DNA of 64,000 nt from an uncultured virus (IMG/VR IMGVR_UViG_3300014208_001449) (lineage: Duplodnaviria > Heunggongvirae > Uroviricota > Caudoviricetes), in IMG/VR virus record IMGVR_UViG_3300014208_001449; one strand, given 5' to 3'. Position numbers and translations under genes: made by a program. This document shows, piece by piece, positions 57,438-64,000 of the stretch. Position 1 is the stretch's first letter. Each line of letters begins with the position of its first letter. The notes under the pieces were generated by a model. That model saw only the letters and a list, made by a program, of their open reading frames with translations, searched no databases and was not told the origin of the DNA.

Positions 57438-57713
57438 ATGATGCTGGAACGAGCCCTTGTGGCCTGGAACAGAGGCGAGCACCTTGTTCTCGAAGCCCAC
57501 GGTAGAACTCTCAGAAGAATCATAGAAGAAAAAGGAATCACAAACGCTTTTTACTATGACCCGTGCAGTAGCCCGTTCCACGGAATATGGGTTTGGGAGG
57601 GGACTCCTAACGTAGGACACCCAATCAGTCCCTTCGACGACTATCACTGGCGCCATTTGAAATGGCAAGAACGCAGGTGCTTGCACAAACAACTTTGTCT
57701 GTGGATGGACTAG
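57438..57713 (+). CDS. hypothetical protein
   Basis: GIWVWEG motif. Confidence 0.55.
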   Translation: MMLERALVAWNRGEHLVLEAHGRTLRRIIEEKGITNAFYYDPCSSPFHGIWVWEGTPNVGHPISPFDDYHWRHLKWQERRCLHKQLCLWMD

Positions 57714-57780
57714 CCCCCGCCGTTTTTTCAGCTATAGCCTCCTCTCTGTAGAGAGATTGCGTAAGCTACAGAGTCCGAAT

Positions 57781-57987
57781 ATGAACCGTTTCAACGCCCC
57801 TGAAGTCCTCGCGGCCCTCTTCAAGGCACTTGAAGTGGCAGGGCTCGAAGACACGATTTCCCGCTTGAAGCAGTTGGGCGTGCCTGCTATCGTCGACAAA
57901 GCTTGGCAACAGAGGTCCAAAATGGCGTCTGAAAACATAGCAGACAAAGTGGCGGACCGGTACCTGAAATCTGAGAAAAGGAAATAG
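57781..57987 (+). CDS. small protein with KVADRYL motif
   Basis: IADKVADRYL. Confidence 0.6.
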   Translation: MNRFNAPEVLAALFKALEVAGLEDTISRLKQLGVPAIVDKAWQQRSKMASENIADKVADRYLKSEKRK

Positions 57988-57991
57988 CACC

Positions 57992-59044
57992 ATGAACCAT
58001 ACCGCTCGTATCACCCCTCCCTCTTACCTTGTGGTTTCTGAGCCTACGACTGGCAAAGTGGTCTTCAAGACCCCGACGGCCATCAAGACGATCGGAGCCA
58101 TCCGGCACAAGGCTGAGGAGCTTCACGCTCAGTATCCTGGCATGGCGGTCCATGCTCTCGGCACGGAACGAGGATTCGGGGCGGAGAAGCTTGCCGCAGC
58201 TAAACCCGTGGGCAAGGTCCAGAAGGCTATTGTTGCCTACCTGGAAACCAAGAACGACAAGTCGGCCGACAGGGACGAGTTGCTCCGGCACTGTGGGCAT
58301 GGAGTTCACTTCGGTGCCTTTACCGACTCCCTCGACGTACTGGCAAAGAAAGGTCTGGTCAAGATGAAGGACAAGAACGTGACTCTAGTTACAGAGTCGG
58401 ATAAGACCGCGTCGCGGGTGGCCTCTCGGTTTGTCCAAGCCCTGATGCCCTATCCGACCATGCGGACCCTGGGGAACTTCAAGGACCCCAAGCTGATCAG
58501 CCGTCTCGTGAATGACCGGACCGACGTGGATTGGATCACGGACCCCCGTAGCGAACTGTACCAGCAGAAGTCGCAGGACAGCGGTTTCCTGGAGTACACG
58601 GTACCCAGTGTCAAGAAGCAGTTCGCAGAGGTGAATGACCTCATTCGCGAGGCTACTACCCGTTGCCTGAAACGCTTGAAGGCTTGGCAGAAGCTGGCCG
58701 TCCCGCAGTTCGAAGAGCTGGGCTACACCGTGAAGCTAGGGAAATTCACTTCCGTCGTTCAAAGTTCGGATTGGGCTGACTACGATTTCCGGCAGATCAT
58801 CAGCATCACAGACAACGTGTTCGGCGGCACAGAAAACCGACACCTGACCTGGGGGTTCCGAGACTTCGTGTACCTTTCGGAGTACCAGAACCACTGGACC
58901 AGTTTCTCCTCAGACTCGCAGATCGATGCACCTCTGACCTTTGCGGCTATGGTGCTCTCTATGAAAGAGCATCTTCAGAAGAATGCCTGGAAAGAGTTCA
59001 TCGCTTGGCGTCAGAAGAAGATGACGGAGAAGGGGGTCGCTTAG
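57992..59044 (+). CDS. multidomain hypothetical protein with RVASRF linker
   Basis: 350 aa; winged-helix-like middle segment; TASRVASRFV. Confidence 0.7.
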   Translation: MNHTARITPPSYLVVSEPTTGKVVFKTPTAIKTIGAIRHKAEELHAQYPGMAVHALGTERGFGAEKLAAAKPVGKVQKAIVAYLETKNDKSADRDELLRHCGHGVHFGAFTDSLDVLAKKGLVKMKDKNVTLVTESDKTASRVASRFVQALMPYPTMRTLGNFKDPKLISRLVNDRTDVDWITDPRSELYQQKSQDSGFLEYTVPSVKKQFAEVNDLIREATTRCLKRLKAWQKLAVPQFEELGYTVKLGKFTSVVQSSDWADYDFRQIISITDNVFGGTENRHLTWGFRDFVYLSEYQNHWTSFSSDSQIDAPLTFAAMVLSMKEHLQKNAWKEFIAWRQKKMTEKGVA

Positions 59045-59047
59045 ACC

Positions 59048-59311
59048 ATGCCCAAGAAAGCCCCGCAACCCGTCAACCTGAAAAAGAAAGACAACCTCAC
59101 TGTCCACCTGGACTCATCCATCCCTAGAGATACTTCGGCCCAAGCTCTTATAAATCGCCCTGGCTCCGGCCCTCATAAGAACCGCGAAAAGGACGTGGCA
59201 GAGGGACGTTCCAGGAAACCAAAGCATCCAAGACGATGGCTTGATAAAGAGGCACACATGGATGAACTGATTGGAAGGATTGTCTCACGGCACTCTAAAG
59301 AAACCGCCTAG
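59048..59311 (+). CDS. basic hypothetical protein
   Basis: GSGPHKNREK...RKPKH; LIGRIVSRH. Confidence 0.6.
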   Translation: MPKKAPQPVNLKKKDNLTVHLDSSIPRDTSAQALINRPGSGPHKNREKDVAEGRSRKPKHPRRWLDKEAHMDELIGRIVSRHSKETA

Positions 59312-59322
59312 AAAGGTAACCC

Positions 59323-59478
59323 ATGCCCAAGACTCCCAAGCCTGCGAAGCTACGGGACGAAGACCTAGACACTGGAACCTTTCACATCAAAACAGCCGCT
59401 CCGAGTGAGCGGGTCATGAGACTCTTCTCTTCGAAACAGACAGAAAAGAAACCAGTGAAACGATCCAGAGGCCGGTAA
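59323..59478 (+). CDS. small basic protein
   Basis: 51 aa ORF with AAGG RBS. Confidence 0.45.
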   Translation: MPKTPKPAKLRDEDLDTGTFHIKTAAPSERVMRLFSSKQTEKKPVKRSRGR

Positions 59479-59487
59479 CGTTAGTCC

Positions 59488-59516
59488 TTGACAGCCCCTA
59501 TCTCCCACGCTAATCT
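59488..59516 (+). promoter_or_regulatory. sigma70 promoter
   Basis: TTGACA-N17-TAATCT. Confidence 0.7.
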
Positions 59517-59522
59517 TTCTTC

Positions 59523-59696
59523 AATTCCCGTTGGGCCCCTGCTCCGTTGCAGCACAGTGCCTCGCGGGAGGTTGCTTACTGGGCCGAACGGTGCCCGAAG
59601 CGACGTCGGCTGGCTACATCTACCCGAGGCTAGCAGTCCGGCGATGGGGACTAGGAGGTGCTCGTTTCGATGATGAAAACGGGCTCCTTCCTTTTC
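59523..59696 (+). ncRNA. candidate structured small RNA
   Basis: promoter-bounded intergenic region with several stems, ending in hairpin plus T-tract. Confidence 0.5.
59653..59696 (+). terminator. putative intrinsic terminator
   Basis: AGGAGG-T-GCTCGTTT...AAACGGGC-T-CCTTCCT followed by T-rich tract. Confidence 0.5.
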
Positions 59697-59698
59697 TT

Positions 59699-59725
59699 GT
59701 TTCATTCCCCCAGACTTTGGCGTAT
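59699..59725 (+). promoter_or_regulatory. class-1 promoter motif
   Basis: GTTT-N17-GCGTAT. Confidence 0.75.
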
Positions 59726-59760
59726 ACAGGAAACGTAAAGGGTCTACCTAGGGACTTGTC

Positions 59761-60126
59761 ATGTTCCGCGAGACAACCATCGAAGAGTACACACAGGGCG
59801 GGTGCCACCTGTTAGCCAAAGAGATCCTCCGACTCCGGCCTGACCTAAAGGCTGGGATTCTTTCTCACAGGGGGGATGCAATCGGAGAAGCCCACTGTTT
59901 CGTTATCCTGCCCGAGAGTGAGTCCCTCGATACCCTTGTTCTCGACGTAACAGGGAAACAGCCCCTCTACAAGCTGAAAGACGAATGGGGTTGGTTGAAA
60001 CACGTGTCTGTCTTTGATTCCCGCGAGGAATTCGAAGAGGAGGTTTCAGATTGGTGGGCTCCGGATATCCCCAAGCCTTCGGTTCGCAGAGTCGCAAAGG
60101 TTCTACTTCAGTCTGTTGGGCTCTAA
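59761..60126 (+). CDS. hypothetical protein with possible Cys-His-Asp triad
   Basis: GGCHLLA...HCFV...LDVTG. Confidence 0.6.
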   Translation: MFRETTIEEYTQGGCHLLAKEILRLRPDLKAGILSHRGDAIGEAHCFVILPESESLDTLVLDVTGKQPLYKLKDEWGWLKHVSVFDSREEFEEEVSDWWAPDIPKPSVRRVAKVLLQSVGL

Positions 60127-60128
60127 GG

Positions 60129-60338
60129 CTAGATCGTCGTTGGCCGGTAAAGCTGTTCGTCGGTCACCTGTCGAACTTTCCGCAACTGCGCAATCTCAGC
60201 TTCCGCTCTGGCAAAAATCGCCTCCAAAGCAGCACGGTCTGTCAGGCGTTCCGCTGCAGCTTGCACTTGTGCTTTCAGTTCCGCTTCACGTTCAGGAGTC
60301 AGGCCAAGGTTGCTCATCTCTTTGCTCCTAGCCGTCAA
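60129..60338 (-). CDS. hypothetical protein
   Basis: minus-strand operon; start may be 60317. Confidence 0.55.
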   Translation of the reverse strand: MTARSKEMSNLGLTPEREAELKAQVQAAAERLTDRAALEAIFARAEAEIAQLRKVRQVTDEQLYRPTTI

Positions 60339-60589
60339 GGTTTGCGGCTACGCAGGATTTCCAAGTGCTTGTCAAACTCCGCTTTGAACTCCGCCAACGC
60401 TTTGCCCTCACTGTCAAGCATCATGACGGCGGCGTCCAGAAGTTTGGCGTAGGCCAGGACCAGTACCGTAACACTACGCGGTTCTAGATCCAGGACTTCC
60501 TCTTCCACCGAAGAGATTAGGTTCAAGTCCACACTACTGACAAAATCGGAACACTTCATTTTATCCACCCTTCCGTCCAGTTTTCGCAA
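60335..60589 (-). CDS. hypothetical protein
   Basis: minus-strand operon; start uncertain. Confidence 0.5.
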   Translation of the reverse strand: MRKLDGRVDKMKCSDFVSSVDLNLISSVEEEVLDLEPRSVTVLVLAYAKLLDAAVMMLDSEGKALAEFKAEFDKHLEILRSRKP

Positions 60590-60774
60590 GTGGGTTCACC
60601 GACACAGCCGAAACAAGGCAGATCCCCATCCCATGCCTTGGAACAGCTATCGAGCCGGAACCAGTGGTAAGAGTTTGTCCCGTCAGGACTGGCAACTAGC
60701 CAATATTCCCAGTGCCCGCCTCGTCGTTTACGCCACCACGCCCAGCCGCCAAACAGCCCGTCGAAAAGGTCCAT
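60556..60774 (-). CDS. Trp-rich hypothetical protein
   Basis: WWRKRRGGHWEYW; GGGAG RBS. Confidence 0.55.
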   Translation of the reverse strand: MDLFDGLFGGWAWWRKRRGGHWEYWLVASPDGTNSYHWFRLDSCSKAWDGDLPCFGCVGEPTCENWTEGWIK

Positions 60775-60850
60775 TTTTTATACTCCCTATCTATTCACGT
60801 CTAACCAAGTTTTCGTTCAAAGCCAAGGCATTTCCTGCCACGGAATCTAT

Positions 60851-61063
60851 TCACCGTCCAGTCCCATTAAGGTGCCGCCTGTTCCGATAAGAGAACGTCG
60901 CAGACCGATAAAACTCCTCCGGCGGAGTCACGTCGTAGAAGTAATTCTCGTCCGGTTCATAGGTCAGCCCGGCTGCTTCACAGGGCACCTGAGGATACGG
61001 GACCGGACCGCTTTTCAGATAAGTCGGCAACAGACTGTCAGGCTTGTTCCACTTGAGCGGCAT
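60851..61063 (-). CDS. hypothetical protein
   Basis: GGAG RBS; class-2 motif upstream at 61093-61105. Confidence 0.55.
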   Translation of the reverse strand: MPLKWNKPDSLLPTYLKSGPVPYPQVPCEAAGLTYEPDENYFYDVTPPEEFYRSATFSYRNRRHLNGTGR

Positions 61064-61133
61064 TTTTGTCAGTCTCCATGAAGGGCCTCTTTACTATACC
61101 CGATTTCAGTCTAGGAAACCATGTACGATTCCA

Positions 61134-61160
61134 GTTTCATTCTGGTCCGGTCCGGTGTAT
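61134..61160 (+). promoter_or_regulatory. class-1 promoter motif
   Basis: GTTT-N17-GTGTAT. Confidence 0.75.
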
Positions 61161-61205
61161 ACATAGGGTGCGAGAGAGAACGGACCTCAGTTGGGAGACA
61201 AGAAG

Positions 61206-61553
61206 ATGAGCACCAAGCAGACCGACCTGTACCCCTGGACCGAAGATATGGAAGTCTCCCTGACCTCCGGCAGAAGCCACGATGTCCCCCGCTTCCACAA
61301 GGTCTCCCGCCTCACCGACACGATGGTCATCATCAACGAACAAGAGTTCCGCAGGGATACAGGCTACGCGGTAGCCCTCCTCTACCAAGGCTGGAATATC
61401 CACCCCGTCACCCAGGAAGACCGTGACCTCGTGAACTTGCTGGATACCCGTGCCAAGCTGGTCAAGGCTCTTGACAGCTTCCGCCCCCTCTTCGCAGACA
61501 AGGCCACCTGCGAAGCCCTGCTGGCCCTCCTCGAACCCAAGACGGAAAGTTAA
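61206..61553 (+). CDS. hypothetical protein
   Basis: GGAG RBS. Confidence 0.65.
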   Translation: MSTKQTDLYPWTEDMEVSLTSGRSHDVPRFHKVSRLTDTMVIINEQEFRRDTGYAVALLYQGWNIHPVTQEDRDLVNLLDTRAKLVKALDSFRPLFADKATCEALLALLEPKTES

Positions 61554-61558
61554 CCAAC

Positions 61559-61756
61559 ATGGACGCTACCAAGATCCAGGATCTCGCTCAGCGCATCTAC
61601 GAAAACGAGAAGCAACAGAAGGCCATCGGCTGGGCCAAGTTCGCCGAACGGGCCCAGGCCCTGTGGGGTGAAGTCGCGGAGGAAGATCACGAGACTTACC
61701 TCGCTGTCAAAACCGCCGTCCAGGCGCTCAAGTTCTCAGGAAAGGAACGAGTGTGA
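61559..61756 (+). CDS. hypothetical protein
   Basis: operon packing. Confidence 0.6.
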   Translation: MDATKIQDLAQRIYENEKQQKAIGWAKFAERAQALWGEVAEEDHETYLAVKTAVQALKFSGKERV

Positions 61757-61758
61757 TC

Positions 61759-62028
61759 ATGAAGTTCCCCCTCGGCCAAATGGTCATGACTCCTGGTGTC
61801 CAGGAACTGGTCCTCGGCGGAGTCTGCAACCCCGCAGCCCTCCTGGCCCGTCACGCGGCCGGAGACTGGGGAGACCTCGACGAAGAGGACAAGGCCCAGA
61901 ACGAGGCCGCCCTGCGGAACAGGGAACGCCTGTTCTCGATGTACAGGCTGAGCCCCGCTCAGAAAGTGTACGTGATCACCGAGCGGGATCGTTCCGTCAC
62001 CACCCTCCTGCTGCCTGAGGAATACTAG
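61759..62028 (+). CDS. conserved mobile-element hypothetical protein
   Basis: FPLGQ.V.TPG...L.RH..GDWGDL..ED...NE.AL...ITE.DRS.TTLLLP.EY. Confidence 0.8.
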   Translation: MKFPLGQMVMTPGVQELVLGGVCNPAALLARHAAGDWGDLDEEDKAQNEAALRNRERLFSMYRLSPAQKVYVITERDRSVTTLLLPEEY

Positions 62029-62039
62029 GAGACTTCACG

Positions 62040-62288
62040 ATGACCTCCCCTTTCAAGAACCTCAAGTGCGTCCTCTTCCACAACATCCCCGTCTGTCACG
62101 GGTTGAGCACCACCTGCGCTTCTAACGGTAGTTCCTGTAACGCTTGTGTCCCCTACGGTGACTTTCCCCTCTGTTTCCTCGGCATCCGTGCCCTCGGTGG
62201 GTTCTTCAACGCCGTCGGCAACCCCTACGACGACGAAAGCGCGGAGTCCTTCCAGACCCGCGTCAGCAACCTCATCAAGGACCTGTAG
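62040..62288 (+). CDS. hypothetical protein
   Basis: AGGAG RBS. Confidence 0.55.
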   Translation: MTSPFKNLKCVLFHNIPVCHGLSTTCASNGSSCNACVPYGDFPLCFLGIRALGGFFNAVGNPYDDESAESFQTRVSNLIKDL

Positions 62289-62299
62289 GAGGAACCACC

Positions 62300-62530
62300 A
62301 TGCCAGTTCACGTTACCGTAGGCGACCTGAAGCGTGTGCTCGAAGGGGTACCCGACGACACCCCCGTCGTCGTACCCAGCACCGACCATTCCTTCCGAAA
62401 GGTCCGTGCCTCCCTCCAGCAGATTGGCACCGACAACCGAGGGTACTACGGAGAAGTAGATCGTCGTTGCCCCAACGAAGGCTGGGGCGACACCCCCTGC
62501 ACCCTCCTCACCGCACTCGTCATCGAGTAG
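62300..62530 (+). CDS. hypothetical protein
   Basis: TVGDL...L..VPDDTPVV; AGGAGG RBS. Confidence 0.65.
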   Translation: MPVHVTVGDLKRVLEGVPDDTPVVVPSTDHSFRKVRASLQQIGTDNRGYYGEVDRRCPNEGWGDTPCTLLTALVIE

Positions 62531-62541
62531 GGAGACCCGCC

Positions 62542-62865
62542 ATGTTTACCAAGCGTACTCCCATCCCCGGCGTCGGGCTCCTGACCGATACGGAACGAGC
62601 CGTCCTCATCGCCGTCTACGGTGCCGCCACCGCCCCCAACCCCTACGTACACAACGGGGTGAACACCGGGAACGTTTCCGTCCGAGATGTCAGCGACGCC
62701 TGCCAGCAGGTCGGTATCACGGTCACCGAAACCTATGCCGCCATTGAACGGATGAGTGTAGGAGGCTGGTTCCTCACGCGAGAGCACGACCCGAGGAAAG
62801 AGAACACCGTTCGCCTGCTGCCCAACGGTGCCGCACTGGCAACCCTCTTGATGACAGAAAGGTAG
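62542..62865 (+). CDS. winged-helix-like hypothetical protein
   Basis: LTDTERAVL...RENTVRLLPNG. Confidence 0.55.
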   Translation: MFTKRTPIPGVGLLTDTERAVLIAVYGAATAPNPYVHNGVNTGNVSVRDVSDACQQVGITVTETYAAIERMSVGGWFLTREHDPRKENTVRLLPNGAALATLLMTER

Positions 62866-63087
62866 ATCCTGCAGTGCACACTTTTCCTGTTGCTGGTTGC
62901 CTTAGTTTTGGCTCTCTTCATGGGAGTCGGCGTGGGGATCAGCGTGGGGCCACAATCCGGCAAGTTCACGGGCTACGGCTTGTGGAAGTGCAAGCCTGGA
63001 GACACCAGGATGGCCTGCCCTCCTCATCAATCAACGACGAAGACAAGCCAAAGCTTCAACAGAATGCCCGAAACGGAGAACTGAATC

Positions 63088-63390
63088 ATGGATAACGAAC
63101 AGAGACTTTTCCTTGACCTGCCGGTTGTGCTCCGCGACAAAGGGCCCATGTGCACAGGCCTGTACCTCTGTGGTTCCGCTTTCAAGGGCGGGGAAACAGC
63201 CCACGGCAATCGGCTGTACTGCAACCATAGTGCAGAGGGCGTCTGCCTCGTGGCAGTGAAACGTCTAGGTCGAGTTTTCGAAACAGCCTGCCAGAGCACA
63301 CCGGAAACTAATGAACAGCTCGGGCGTAGCGTGAGACGCATCCTGAAAACCGTCAAAGCCGCTGGCACGCACGAAGAGGAAAAAAACTAA
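63088..63390 (+). CDS. hypothetical protein
   Basis: GGAG RBS. Confidence 0.55.
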   Translation: MDNEQRLFLDLPVVLRDKGPMCTGLYLCGSAFKGGETAHGNRLYCNHSAEGVCLVAVKRLGRVFETACQSTPETNEQLGRSVRRILKTVKAAGTHEEEKN

Positions 63391-63465
63391 ACCTCGGTCG
63401 ATTTTGCTTCCCTTCAATGGGAATCCAGAATATAAAGCCCCCAGAACGCCCAGAGGAATCCAACC

Positions 63466-63744
63466 TTGACCGACTGGTCCAACCCCCACGAAAACAAAAC
63501 CTGCACCTCATGGGGCCGCCGTGTCGGGATCCTCTTCCTCGAAGTGGTCAGACTGTCAGGCAACACCAGCTACGGGACTCGTATCTCTCTGGGACCGAGC
63601 CCTCTCCATCCAATTCCGTTTCTCAGTGGCTTGCGATACTTCATCTCGGGTGAATCCAAGGATACCCTAACAGAAGCTCAGGAAGCGGTCGAGAAGTGTG
63701 CCCGAGAAATCCTCTGGCAGGCAAACGTAGACTTGGGAGACTAA
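63466..63744 (+). CDS. hypothetical protein
   Basis: TLTEAQEAVEKCAREIL. Confidence 0.55.
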   Translation: MTDWSNPHENKTCTSWGRRVGILFLEVVRLSGNTSYGTRISLGPSPLHPIPFLSGLRYFISGESKDTLTEAQEAVEKCAREILWQANVDLGD

Positions 63745-63755
63745 AGGAAACAAAA

Positions 63756-64000
63756 ATGGCAAAGACCCAGTGGCACGACATAGAAGAGGACGAGAGCTGC
63801 AGGCGTGTCGGTGGATTCATGCTCAAAGCCATGAAGGACCCTGAAGCCTCCGGTTGGTGGTCACACGTATGCTTGCCGCAAGTCATGGGAGAATTCAGAG
63901 CCGTAGCAACGAAGTACCCGCTCCCTTCCAAAGAGGTGGCTCAGGCGGCTTGTGAACAAATGGCCCGAGAGATGGCCCGGGATGTTCTGGACGACTTGAA
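63756..64000 (+). CDS. hypothetical protein, partial (runs off window)
   Basis: AAGGA RBS; SKEVAQAACEQMARE similar to upstream ORF. Confidence 0.55.
   Translation, partial: MAKTQWHDIEEDESCRRVGGFMLKAMKDPEASGWWSHVCLPQVMGEFRAVATKYPLPSKEVAQAACEQMAREMARDVLDDL

Noticed and set aside
59523..59696. SRP RNA, SAM riboswitch or HDV-like ribozyme identity for the ncRNA candidate
   Set aside because: Only fragmentary motif resemblance; the conserved cores could not be matched
1..64000. tRNA or rRNA genes and stop-codon recoding
   Set aside because: No cloverleaf or T-loop signature seen by eye; known genes end properly at TAG, TGA and TAA

Overview
This 64 kb window is a gene-dense segment of a large (probably jumbo) dsDNA bacteriophage genome in the standard genetic code. 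Most of it is an accessory or early region of well over 100 short, co-oriented ORFs, many in small paralog families. Recognisable genes are: RtcB and an Rnl2-like ligase; a dTTP cluster (5'-deoxynucleotidase, Tmk, dCMP deaminase, two-domain ThyX, MazG-like) with an N6/N4 DNA methyltransferase; a PG-binding M15 endolysin; an SLT transglycosylase; a radical SAM/SPASM enzyme next to an 'SNSSSSSF' protein; a sigma-70-family factor; Hsp20; a calcineurin-like phosphoesterase; macro, HD-GYP-like, HAD and nucleotidyltransferase proteins; and two TnpB elements. The most notable observations are: (1) two related phage-encoded ubiquitin-like (DUF2604-like) proteins, one with Gly-Gly plus a basic tail and an HD-GYP neighbour, with no E1/E2/JAB in the window; (2) the radical SAM plus poly-Ser partner pair; (3) a minimal TnpB element that splits a gene which can be rejoined in frame; (4) a promoter- and terminator-bounded structured ncRNA candidate; (5) three recurrent promoter-like motif classes; and (6) a shared 'RVASRF'-like peptide motif. 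All family calls come from motif recognition by eye; no database searches were run.
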